Shown: piece by piece, positions 46,900 through 58,800 of the stretch
How the letters are laid out: the number at the start of each line of letters is the position of its first letter
How positions within the stretch are numbered: the first letter of the stretch is position 1
NCBI GenBank assembly: GCA_964016885.1
Contig: OZ024742.1
Span: forward strand, 185,194,001-185,258,000
DNA from: Eledone cirrhosa
Lineage: Eukaryota
DNA: 64,000 bases
Direction: 5' to 3'
The notes under the pieces: generated by a model
What the model was told of the DNA's origin: nothing
The model's database searches: none
Seen by the model: the letters and a program-made list of their open reading frames with translations, nothing else
Position numbers and translations under genes: made by a program

Positions 46900-49800
46900 G
46901 GTTAAGTTAAGTTGGGGTTAAGTTAAGTTGGGGTTAAGTTAAGTTGGGGTTAAGTTAAGTTGGGGTTGAGTTAAGTTGGGGTTAAGTTAAGTTGGGTTTA
47001 AGTTAAGTTGGGGTTAAGTTAAGTTGGGGTTAAGTTAAGGTGAGGTTAAGTTAAGTTGGGGTTAAGTTAAGTCGGGGTTAAGTTAAGTTGGGGTTAAGTT
47101 AAGTTGGGGTTAAGTTAAGTTGGGGTTAAGTTAAGTTCGGGTTAAGATAAGTTGGGGTTAAGTTAAGTTGGGGTTGAGTTAAGTTGGGGTTGAGTTAATT
47201 TGGGGTTAAGTTAAGTTGGGGTTAACTTAAGTTGGGGTTAAGTTAAGTTGGCGTTCAGTTAAGTTGCGGTTAAGTTAAGTTGGGGTTAACTTAAGTCGGG
47301 TTTAAGTTAAGTTGGGGTTAAGTTAAGTTGGGGTCAAGTTAAGTTGGGGTTAAGTTAAGTTGGGGTTAAGTTAAGTTGGTGTTAAGTTAAGTCGGGGTTA
47401 CGTTAAGTTGGGGTTAAGTTAAGTTGGGGTTAAGTTAAGTTGGGGTCAAGTTAAGTTGGGGTTAAGTTAAGTTGGGGTTAAGTTAAGTTGGGGTTAAGTT
47501 AAGTCGCGGTTAAGTTAAGTTGGGGTTAAGTTAAGATGGGGTTAAGTTAAGTTGTGGTTAAGTTAAGTTGGGGTTAAGATAAGTTGGGGTTAAGTTAAGT
47601 TGCGGTTGAGTTAAGTTGGGGTTGAGTTAATTGGGGTTAAGTTAAGTTGGGGTTAACTTAAGTTGGGTTTAACTTAAGTTGGGGTTAAGTTAAGTTGGGG
47701 TTAAATTAAGTTGGGGTTATGATAAGTTGGGGTTAAGTTAAGTCGGGGTTAAGTTATGTCGGGGTTAAGTTAAGTTGGGGTTAAGTTAACTTGGTGTTAA
47801 GTTAAGTTGGGGTTCAGTTAAGTTGGGGTTGAGTTAAGTTGGGGGTCAAGTTAAGTTGGGGTTAAGCTAAGTTGGGGTTAAGTTAAGTTGGGGTTAAGTT
47901 AAGTTGCGGTTAAGTTAAGTTGGGGTTAACTTAAGTCGGGGTTAAGTTAAGTTGGGGTTAAGTTAAGTTGGGGTCAAGTTAAGTTGGGGTTAAGTTAAGT
48001 TGGGGTTAAGTTAAGTTGGGGTTAAGTTAAGTCGGGGTTAAGTTAAGTTGGGGTTAAGTTAAGTTGGGGTTAAGTTAAGTTGGGGTCAAGTTAAGTTGGG
48101 GTTAAGTTAAGTTGGGGTTAAGTTAAGTTGGGGTTAAGTTAAGTCGCGGTTAGTTAAGTTGGGGTTAAGTTAAGATGGGGTTAAGTTAAGTTGTGGTTAA
48201 GTTAAGTTGGGGTTAAGATAAGTTGGGGTTAAGTTAAGTTGCGGTTGAGTTAAGTTAGGTTTGAGTTAATTGGGGTTAAGTTAAGTTGGGGCTAAGTTAA
48301 GTTGGGGCTAAGTTAAGTTGGGGCTAAGTTAAGTTGGGGTTAAGTTAAGGTGGGGTTTAGTTAAGTTGGGGTTGAGTTAAGTTGGGGTTGAGTTAAGTTG
48401 GGGTTAAGTTAAGTTGGGGTTAAGTTAAGTTAGGGTTAACTTAAGTTGGGGTTAAGTTAAGTTTAGGTTAACTTAAGTTGGGGTTAAGTTAAGTTGGGGT
48501 TAAGTTAAGTTGGGGCTAAGTTAAGTTGGGGCTAAGTTAAGTTGGGGCTAAGTTAAGTTGGGGTTAAGTTAAGGTGGGGTTTAGTTAAGTTGGGGTTGAG
48601 TTAAGTTGGGGTTGAGTTAAGTTAGGGTTAAGTTAAGTTGGGGTTAAGTTAAGTTAGGGTTAACTTAAGTTGGGGTTAAGTTAAGTTGGGGTTGAGTTAA
48701 GTTGGGGTTTAATTAAGTTGGGGTTGAGTTAAGTTGGGGTTGAGTTAAGTTGGGCTTGAGTTAAGTTGGGGTTGAGTTAAGTTGGGCTTATCTTAAGTTG
48801 GGGTTAATTTAAGATGGGGTTAAGTTAAGTTGGGGTTAAGTTAATTTGGGGTTAAGTTAAGTTGGGGTTAAGTTAAGTTGGGGTTATGTTAAGTTGGGGT
48901 TAAGTTAAGTTGAGGTTAACTTAAGTTGGGGTTAAGTTAAGTTGGGGTTAAGTTAAGTTGGGGCTAAGTTAAGTTGGGGCTAAGTTAAGTTGGGGTTAAG
49001 TTAAGTTGGGGTTAAGTTAAGTTGGGGTCAACTTAAGTTGGGGCTAAGTTAAGTTGGGGTTAAGTTAAGTTGGGGCTAAGTTAAGTTGGAGTTAAGTTAA
49101 GTTGGGGTTAAATTAAGTTGGGGTCAACGTAAGTTGGGGTTAAGTTAAGTTGGGGTTAAGTTAATTTGGGGGTAAGTTATGTTGGGGTTAAGTTAAGTTG
49201 GGGTTAAGTTAAGTTGGGGTTAAGTTAAGTTGGGGCTGAGTTAAATTGGGGCTGTGTTAAGTTGGGGTTAAGTTAAGTTGGGGTTAAGTTAAGTTGGGGT
49301 TAAGTTAAGTTGGGGTTAAGTTGGGGTTAAATTAAGTTGGGGTTAATTTAAGTTGGGGTTAAGTTAAGTTGGGTTTAGGTTAAGTTGGGGTTGAGTTAAG
49401 TTGGGGTTAAGTTAAGTTGGGGTTAATTTAAGTTGGGGTTAAGTTAATTTGGGGTTAACTTAAGTTGGGGTTCAGTTAAGTTGGCGTTCAGTTAAGTTGC
49501 GGTGAAGTTAAGTTGGGGTTAACTTAAGTCGGGGTTAAGTTAAGTTGGGGTTAAGTTAAGTTGGGGTCAAGTTAAGTTGGGGTTAAGTTAAGTTGGGGTT
49601 ATGTTAAGTTGGGGTTAAGTTAAGTTGGGGTTAAGTTAAGTCGGGGTTAAGTTAAGTTGGGGTTAAGTTAAGTTGGGGATAAGTTAAGTTGGGGTCAAGT
49701 TAAGTTGGGGTTAAGTTAAGTTGGGGTTAAGTTAAGTCGCGGTTAATTTAAGTTGGGGTTAAGTTAAGATGGGGTTAAGTTAAGTTGGGGTTAAGTTAAG

Positions 49801-52800
49801 TTGGGGTTAAGATAAGTTGGGGTTAAGTTAAGTTGGGGTTGAGTTAAGTTGGGGTTGAGTTAATTGGGGTTAAGTTAAGTTGGGGTTAACTTAAGTTGGG
49901 TTTAAGTTAAGTTGGGGTTAAGTTAAGTTGGGGTTAAATTAAGTTGGGGTTAAGATAAGTTGGGGTTAAGTTAAGTCGGGGTTAAGTTAAGTCGGGGTTA
50001 AGTTAAGTTGGGGTTAAGTTAACTTGGTGTTAAGTTAAGTTGGGGCTCAGTTAAGTTGGGGTTGAGTTAAGTTGGGGTCAATTTAAGTTGGGACTAAGCT
50101 AAGTTGGGGTTAAGTTAAGTTGGGGTTAAGTTAAGTTGGCGCTAAGTTTAGTGAAGGTTAAGTTAAGTTGGGGTTGAGTTAAGTTGGGGTTAAGTTAAGT
50201 TGGGGTTAAGTTAAGTTAGGGTTAAGTTAAGCTTGGGTTAAGTTAAGTTGGGGTTGAGTTAATTTGGGGTTGAGTTAAGTTGGGGTTGAGTTAAGTTGGG
50301 GTTGAGTTAAGTTGGGGTTAACTTAAGTTGGTGTTAAGTTAAGTTGGGGTCAATTTAAGTTGAGGTTAAGTTAACTTGGGATTAAGTTAAGTTGGGGTTA
50401 ACTTAAATTGAGGTTAAGATAAGTTGGGGTTAAGTTAAGTTGGGGGTAAGTTAAGTTGGGGGTAAGTTAAGTTTGGGTTAAGTTGGGGTTAAGTTAAGTT
50501 AGGGTTAAGTTACGTTGGGGTTGAGTTAAGTTGGGGTTAATTTAAATTGGGGTTAAGTTAACTTTGTGGTTCAGTTAAGTTGGGGTTAAGTTAAGTTGGG
50601 GCTTATTTAAGTTGGGGTTAAGTTAAGTTGTGGTTAAGTTAAGTTGGGGTTAAGTTAAGTTGGGGTTAATTTAAGTTGGGGTTAAGTTAAGTTGGGGTTA
50701 AATTAAGCTGGGTTGAAGTTAAGTTGGGGTTAAGTTAAGTTGGGGTTAAGTTAAGTTGGGGTTAAGTTAAGTTGGGGTTAAGTTAAGTCGGGGTTAAGTT
50801 AATTTGAGGTTCAGTTAAGTTGGGGTTAAGTTAAGTTGGGGCTTATTTAAGTTGGGGTTAAGTTAAGTTGTGGTTAAGTTAAGTTGGGGTTAAGTTAAGT
50901 CGGGGTTAAGTTAAGTCGGGGTTAAGTTAAGTTGTGGTTAAGTTAAGTTGGGGTTAAGTTAAGTTGGGGTTAAGTTAAGTTAGGGATAAGCTAAGTTGGC
51001 GTTAAGTTAAGTTGGGGTTAAGTTAAGTTGGGGTTAAGTTAAGTTGTGGTTAAGTTAAGTTGGGGCTGAGTTAAGTTGGGGTCAAGTTAAGTTGGGGTTG
51101 AGTTAAGTTGGGGTTAAGTTAACTTGGGGTTAATTTAAGTTGGGGTTAAGTCAAATTGGGTTTGAGTTAAGTTAGGGTTAAGTTAAGTTGGGGTTAAGTT
51201 AAGTCGGGGTTAAGTTAAGTTGGGGTTAAGTTAAGTTGGGGTTAAATTAAGCTGGGTTTAAGTTAAGTTGGGGTTAAGTTAAGTTGGGGTTAAGTTAAGT
51301 TGGGGTTAAGTTAAGTTGAGGTTAAGTTAGGTTGGGGTTAAATTCAGTTGGGGTTAAGTTAAGTTGGGGTTAAGTTAATTTGGGGATAAGTTAAGTTGAG
51401 TTTAAGTTAAGTTGGAGTTGATTTAAGTTGAGGTTAAGTTAAGTTGTGGTAAAGTTAAGTTGGGGTTAAGTTAAGTTGGGGTTAAGTTAAGTTGGGGTTC
51501 AGTTAAGTTGGGGTTAAGTTAAGTAGGGGTTCAGTTGGGGTTAAATTAATTTGGGGTTAAGTTAAGTTGGGGTTAAGTTAAGTTGGGGTTAAGTTAAGTT
51601 GGGGTTAAGTTAAGTTGGGGTTGAGTTAAGTTGGGGTTAAGTTAAGTCGGGGTTAAGTTAAGTTGGGGTTAAGTTAAGTTGGGGTTAAGTTAAGTTGGGG
51701 TTAAGTTAAGTTGGGGTTGAGTTAAGTTGGGGTTAAGTTAAGTTGGGTTTAAGTTAAGTTGGGGTTAAGTTAAGTTGGGGTTGAGTTAAGGTGGGGTTAA
51801 GTTAAGTTGGGGTTAAGTTAAGTCGGGGTTAAGTTAAGTTGGGGTTAAGTTAAGTCGGGGTTAAGTTAAGTTGGGGTTAAGTTAAGTTGGGGTCAAGTTA
51901 AGTTGGGGTTAAGTTAAGTTGGGGTTCAGTTAAGTTGGGGTTAAGTTAAGTCGCGGTTAAGTTAAGTTGGGGTTAAGTTAAGATGGGGTTAAGTTAAGTT
52001 GTGGTTAAGTTAAGTTGGGGTTAAGATAAGTTGGGGTTAAGTTAAGTTGCGGTTGAGTTAAGTTGGGGTTGAGTTAATTGGGGTTAAGTTAAGTTGGGGT
52101 TAACTTAAGTTGGGTTTAAGTTAAGTTGGGGTTAAGTTAAGTTGGGGTGAATTTAAGTTTTGGTTAAGTTAAGTTGGGGCTGAGTTAAGTTGGCGTCAAG
52201 TTAAGTTGGGGTTGAGTTAAGAAGGGGTTAAGTTAACTTGGGGTTAAGTTAACTTGGGGTTAAGTTAAGTTGGGGTTAAGTTAAGTTGGGGTTAAGTTAA
52301 GTTGGGGTTAAGATAAGTTGGGGTTAAGTTAAGTTGGGGTTGAGTTAAGTTGGGGTTGAGTTAATTTGGGGTTAAGTTAAGTTGGGGTTAACTTAAGTTG
52401 GGGTTCAGTTAAGTTGGCGTTCAGTTAAGTTGCGGTGAAGTTAAGTTGGGGTTAACTTAAGTCGGGGTTAAGTTAAGTTGGGGTTAAGTTAAGTTGGGGT
52501 CAAGTTAAGTTGGGGTTAAGTTAAGTTGGGGTTATGTTAAGTTGGGGTTAAGTTAAGTTGGGGTTAAGTTAAGTCGGGGTTAAGTTAAGTTGGGGTTAAG
52601 TTAAGTTGGGGTTAAGTTAAGTTGGGGTCAAGTTAAGTTGGGGTTAAGTTAAGTTGGGGTTAAGTTAAGTCGCGGTTAAGTTAAGTTGGGGTTAAGTTAA
52701 GATGGGGTTAAGTTAAGTTGGGGTTAAGTTAAGTTGGGGTTAAGATAAGTTGGGGTTAAGTTAAGTTGGGGTTGAGTTAAGTTGGGGTTGAGTTAATTGG

Positions 52801-55800
52801 GGTTAAGTTAAGTTGGGGTTAACTTAAGTTGGGTTTAAGTTAAGTTGGGGTTAAGTTAAGTTGGGGTTAAATTAAGTTGGGGTTAAGATAAGTTGGGGTT
52901 AAGTTAAGTCGGTGTTAAGTTAAGTCGGGGTTAAGTTAAGTTCGGGTTAAGTTAACTTGCTGTTAAGTTAAGTTGGGGCTCAGTTAAGTTGGGGTTGAGT
53001 TAAGTTGGGGTCAAGTTAAGTTGGGACTAAGCTAAGTTGGGGTTAAGTTAAGTTGGGGTTAAGTTAAGTTGGCGCTAAGTTAAGTGAAGGTTAAGTTAAG
53101 TTGGGGTTGAGTTAAGTTGGGGTTAAGTTAAGTTGGGGTTGAGTTAAGTTGGGGTTGAGTTAAGTTGGGGTTGAGTTAAGTTGGGGTTACGTTAAGTTGG
53201 GGTTAAGTTAAGTTGGGGTTAAGTTAAGTTTAGGTTAACTTAAGTTGGGGTTAAGTTAAGTTGGGGTTAAGTTAAGTTGGGGCTAAGTTAAGTTGGGGCT
53301 AAGTTAAGTTGGGGCTAAGTTAAGTTGGGGTTAAGTTAAGGTGGGGTTTAGTTAAGTTGGGGTTGAGTTAAGTTAGGGTTGAGTTAAGTTGGGGTTAAGT
53401 TAAGTTGGGGTTAAGTTAAGTTAGGGTTAACTTAAGTTGGGGTTAAGTTAAGTTGGGGTTGAGTTAAGTTGGGGTTTAATTAAGTTGGGGTTAAGTTAAG
53501 TTGGGGTTGAGTTAAGTTGGGCTTGAGTTAAGTTGGGGTTGAGTTAAGTTGGGCTTATCTTAAGTTGGGGTTAATTTAAGATGGGGTTAAGTTAAGTTGG
53601 GGTTAAGTTAATTTGGGGTTAAGTTAAGTTGGGGTTAAGTTAAGTTGGGGTTATGTTAAGTTGGGGTTAAGTTAAGTTGAGGTTAACTTAAGTTGGGGTT
53701 AAGTTAAGTTGGGGTTAAGTTAAGTTGGGGCTAAGTTAAGTTGGGGCTAAGTTAAGTTGGGGTTAAGTTAAGTTGGGGTTAAGTTAAGTTGGGGTCAACT
53801 TAAGTTGGGGCTAAGTTAAGTTGGGGTTAAGTTAAGTTGCGGCTAAGTTAAGTTGGGGTTAAGTTAAGTTAGGGTTAAATTAAGTTGGGGTCAACGTAAG
53901 TTGGGGTTAAGTTAAGTTGGGGTTAGGTTAATTTGGGGGTAAGTTAAGTTGGGGTTAAGTTAAGTTGGGGTTAAGTTAAGTTGGGGTTAAGTTAAGTTGG
54001 GGCTGAGTTAAGTTGGGGCTGTGTTAAGTTGGGGTTAAGTTAAGTTGGGGTTAAGTTAAGTTGGGGTTAAGTTGGGGTTAAATTAAGTTGGGGTTAATTT
54101 AAGTTGGGGTTAAGTTAAGTTGGGTTTAGGTTAAGTTGGGGTTGAGTTAAGTTGGGGTTAAGTTAAGTTGGGGTTAATTTAAGTTGGGGTTAAGTTAAGT
54201 TGGGGCTGAGTTAAGTTGGGGTTAAGTTAAGTTGGGGTTGAGTTAAGTTGGGGTTAAGTTAAGTTGGGGTTAAGTTAAGTCGGGGTTAAGTTAAGTTGGG
54301 GTTAAGTTAAGTTGGGGTTAAGTTAAGTTGGGGTTAAGTTAAGTTGGGGTTAAGTTAAGTTGGGGTTAAGATAAGTTGGGGTTAAGTTAAGTTGGGGTTG
54401 AGTTAAGTTGGGGTTGAGTTAATTTGGGGTTAAGTTAAGTTGGGGTTAACTTAAGTTGGGGTTCAGTTAAGTTGGCGTTCAGTTAAGTTGCGGTGAAGTT
54501 AAGTTGGGGTTAACTTAAGTCGGGGTTGAGTTAAGTTGGGGTTAAGTTAAGTTGGGGTCAAGTTAAGTTGGGGTTAAGTTAAGTTGGGGTTATGTTAAGT
54601 TGGGGTTAAGTTAAGTTGGGGTTAAGTTAAGTCGGGGTTAAGTTAAGTTGGGGTTAAGTTAAGTTGGGGTTAAGTTAAGTTGGGGTCAAGTTAAGTTGGG
54701 GTTAAGTTAAGTTGGGGTTAAGTTAAGTCGCGGTTAAGTTAAGTTGGGGTTAAGTTAAGATGTGGTTAAGTTAAGTTGGGGTTAAGTTAAGTTGGGGTTA
54801 AGATAAGTTGGGGTTAAGTTAAGTTGGGGTTGAGTTAAGTTGGGGTTGAGTTAATTGGGGTTAAGTTAAGTTGGGGTTAACTTAAGTTGGGTTTAAGTTA
54901 AGTTTGGGTTAAGTTAAGTTGGGGTTAAATTAAGTTGGGGTTAAGATAAGTTGGGGTTAAGTTAAGTCGGGGTTAAGTTAAGTCGGGGTTAATTTAAGTT
55001 GGGGTTAAGTTAACTTGGTGTTAAGTTAAGTTGGGGCTCAGTTAAGTTGGGGTTGAGTTAAGTTGGGGTCAAGTTAAGTTGGGACTAAGCTAAGTTGGGG
55101 TTAAGTTAAGTTGGGGTTAAGTTAAGTTGGCGCTAAGTTAAGTGAAGGTTAAGTTAAGTTGGGGTTGAGTTAAGTTGGGGTTAATTTAAGTTGGGGTTGA
55201 GTTAAGTTGGGGTTGAGTTAAGTTGGGGTTGAGTTAAGTTGGGGTTACGTTAAGTTGGGGTTAAGTTAAGTTGGGGTTAAGTTAAGTTTAGGTTAACTTA
55301 AGTTGGGGTTAAGTTAAGTTGGGGTTAAGTTAAGTTGGGGCTAAGTTAAGTTGGGGCTTATTTAAGTTGGGGTTAAGTTAAGTTGTGGTTAAGTTAAGTT
55401 GGGGTTAAGTTAAGTTGGGGTTAAGTTAAGTTGGGGTTAAGTTAAGTTGGGGTTAAATTAAGCTGGGTTGAAGTTAAGTTGGGGTTAAGTTAAGTTGGGG
55501 TTAAGTTAAGTTGGGGTTAAGTTAAGTTGGGGTTAAGTTAAGTCGGGGTTAAGTTAATTTGGGGTTCAGTTAAGTTGGGGTTAAGTTAAGTTGGGGCTTA
55601 TTTAAGTTGGGGTTAAGTTAAGTTGTGGTTAAGTTAAGTTGGGGTTAAGTTAAGTCGGGGTTAAGTTAAGTCGGGGTTAAGTTAAGTTGTGGTTAAGTTA
55701 AGTTGGGGTTAAGTTAAGTTGGGGTTAAGTTAAGTTAGGGATAAGCTAAGTTGGCGTTAAGTTAAGTTGGGGTTAAGTTAAGTTGGGGTTAAGTTAAGTT

Positions 55801-58800
55801 GAGGTTAAGTTAAGTTGGGGTTAAATTCAGTTGGGGTTAACTTAAGTTGGGGTTAAGTTAAGTTGGGGTTAAGTTAAGTTGAGTTTAAGTTAAGTTGGAG
55901 TTAATTTAAGTTGAGGTTAAGTTAAGTTGTGGTAAAGTTAAGTTGGGGTTAAGTTAAGTTGGGGTTAAGTTAAGTTGGGGTTCAGTTAAGTTGGGGTTAA
56001 GTTAAGTAGGGGTTCAGTTGGGGTTAAATTAAGTTGGGGTTAAGTTAAGTTGGGGTTAATTTAAGTTGGGGTTAAGTTAAGTTGGGGTTAAGTTAAGTTG
56101 GGGTTAAGTTAAGTTGGGGTTGAGTTAAGTTGGGGTTATGTTAAGTCGGGGTTAAGTTAAGTTGGGGTTAAGTTAAGTTGGGGTTAAGTTAAGTTGGGGT
56201 TAAGTTAAGTTGGGGTTGAGTTAAGTTGGGGTTAAGTTAAGTTGGGTTTAAGTTAAGTTGGGGTTAAGTTAAGTTGGGGTTAAGTTAAGGTGAGGTTAAG
56301 TTAAGTTGGGGTTAAGTTAAGTCGGGGTTAAGTTAAGTTGGGGTTAAGTTAAGTTGGGGTTAAGTTAAGTTGGGGTTAAGTTAAGTTCGGGTTAAGATAA
56401 GTTGGGGTTAAGTTAAGTTGGGGTTGAGTTAAGTTGGGGTTGAGTTAATTTGGGGTTAAGTTAAGTTGGGGTTAACTTAAGTTGGGGTTAAGTTAAGTTG
56501 GCGTTCAGTTAAGTTGCGGTTAAGTTAAGTTGGGGTTAACTTAAGTCGGGTTTAAGTTAAGTTGGGGTTAAGTTAAGTTGGGGTCAAGTTAAGTTGGGGT
56601 TAAGTTAAGTTGGGGTTAAGTTAAGTTGGGGTTAAGTTAAGTCGGGGTTACGTTAAGTTGGGGTTAAGTTAAGTTGGGGTTAAGTTAAGTTGGGGTCAAG
56701 TTAAGTTGGGGTTAAGTTAAGTTGGGGTTAAGTTAAGTTGGGGTTAAGTTAAGTCGCGGTTAAGTTAAGTTGGGGTTAAGTTAAGATGGGGTTAAGTTAA
56801 GTTGTGGTTAAGTTAAGTTGGGGTTAAGATAAGTTGGGGTTAAGTTAAGTTGCGGTTGAGTTAAGTTGGGGTTGAGTTAATTGGGGTTAAGTTAAGTTGG
56901 GGTTAACTTAAGTTGGGTTTAAGTTAAGTTGGGGTTAAGTTAAGTTGGGGTTAAATTAAGTTGGGGTTATGATAAGTTGGGGTTAAGTTAAGTCGGGGTT
57001 AAGTTATGTCGGGGTTAAGTTAAGTTGGGGTTAAGTTAACTTGGTGTTAAGTTAAGTTGGGGTTCAGTTAAGTTGGGGTTGAGTTAAGTTGGGGGTCAAG
57101 TTAAGTTGGGGTTAAGCTAAGTTGGGGTTAAGTTAAGTTGGGGTTAAGTTAAGTTGCGGTTAAGTTAAGTTGGGGTTAACTTAAGTCGGGGTTAAGTTAA
57201 GTTGGGGTTAAGTTAAGTTGGGGTCAAGTTAAGTTGGGGTTAAGTTAAGTTGGGGTTAAGTTAAGTTGGGGTTAAGTTAAGTCGGGGTTAAGTTAAGTTG
57301 GGGTTAAGTTAAGTTGGGGTTAAGTTAAGTTGGGGTCAAGTTAAGTTGGGGTTAAGTTAAGTTGGGGTTAAGTTAAGTTGGGGTTAAGTTAAGTCGCGGT
57401 TAGTTAAGTTGGTGTTAAGTTAAGATGGGGTTAAGTTAAGTTGTGGTTAAGTTAAGTTGGGGTTAAGATAAGTTGGGGTTAAGTTAAGTTGCGGTTGAGT
57501 TAAGTTAGGTTTGAGTTAATTGGGGTTAAGTTAAGTTGGGGCTAAGTTAAGTTGGGGCTAAGTTAAGTTGGGGCTAAGTTAAGTTGGGGTTAAGTTAAGG
57601 TGGGGTTTAGTTAAGTTGGGGTTGAGTTAAGTTGGGGTTGAGTTAAGTTGGGGTTAAGTTAAGTTGGGGTTAAGTTAAGTTAGGGTTAACTTAAGTTGGG
57701 GTTAAGTTAAGTTTAGGTTAACTTAAGTTGGGGTTAAGTTAAGTTGGGGTTAAGTTAAGTTGGGGCTAAGTTAAGTTGGGGCTAAGTTAAGTTGGGGCTA
57801 AGTTAAGTTGGGGTTAAGTTAAGGTGGGGTTTAGTTAAGTTGGGGTTGAGTTAAGTTGGGGTTGAGTTAAGTTAGGGTTAAGTTAAGTTGGGGTTAAGTT
57901 AAGTTAGGGTTAACTTAAGTTGGGGTTAAGTTAAGTTGGGGTTGAGTTAAGTTGGGGTTTAATTAAGTTGGGGTTGAGTTAAGTTGGGGTTGAGTTAAGT
58001 TGGGCTTGAGTTAAGTTGGGGTTGAGTTAAGTTGGGCTTATCTTAAGTTGGGGTTAATTTAAGATGGGGTTAAGTTAAGTTGGGGTTAAGTTAATTTGGG
58101 GTTAAGTTAAGTTGGGGTTAAGTTAAGTTGGGGTTATGTTAAGTTGGGGTTAAGTTAAGTTGAGGTTAACTTAAGTTGGGGTTAAGTTAAGTTGGGGTTA
58201 AGTTAAGTTGGGGCTAAGTTAAGTTGGGGCTAAGTTAAGTTGGGGTTAAGTTAAGTTGGGGTTAAGTTAAGTTGGGGTCAACTTAAGTTGGGGCTAAGTT
58301 AAGTTGGGGTTAAGTTAAGTTGGGGCTAAGTTAAGTTGGAGTTAAGTTAAGTTGGGGTTAAATTAAGTTGGGGTCAACGTAAGTTGGGGTTAAGTTAAGT
58401 TGGGGTTAAGTTAATTTGGGGGTAAGTTATGTTGGGGTTAAGTTAAGTTGGGGTTAAGTTAAGTTGGGGTTAAGTTAAGTTGGGGCTGAGTTAAATTGGG
58501 GCTGTGTTAAGTTGGGGTTAAGTTAAGTTGGGGTTAAGTTAAGTTGGGGTTAAGTTAAGTTGGGGTTAAGTTGGGGTTAAATTAAGTTGGGGTTAATTTA
58601 AGTTGGGGTTAAGTTAAGTTGGGTTTAGGTTAAGTTGGGGTTGAGTTAAGTTGGGTTTAAGTTAAGTTGGGGTTAATTTAAGTTGGGGTTAAGTTAAGTT
58701 GGGGCTGAGTTAAGTTGGGGTTAAGTTAAGTTGGGGTTGAGTTAAGTTGGGGTTAAGTTAAGTTGGAGTTAAGTTAAGTCGGGATTAAGTTAAGTTGGGG

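Noticed and set aside
6161-49450. Preferred 240 bp (15-monomer) rearrangement size at ~6161/6401, ~16250 and ~49440
   Set aside because: Only three cases among many other sizes (16, 63, 128, 155, 192, 224, 304, 400), too few to claim a preference without a full count.
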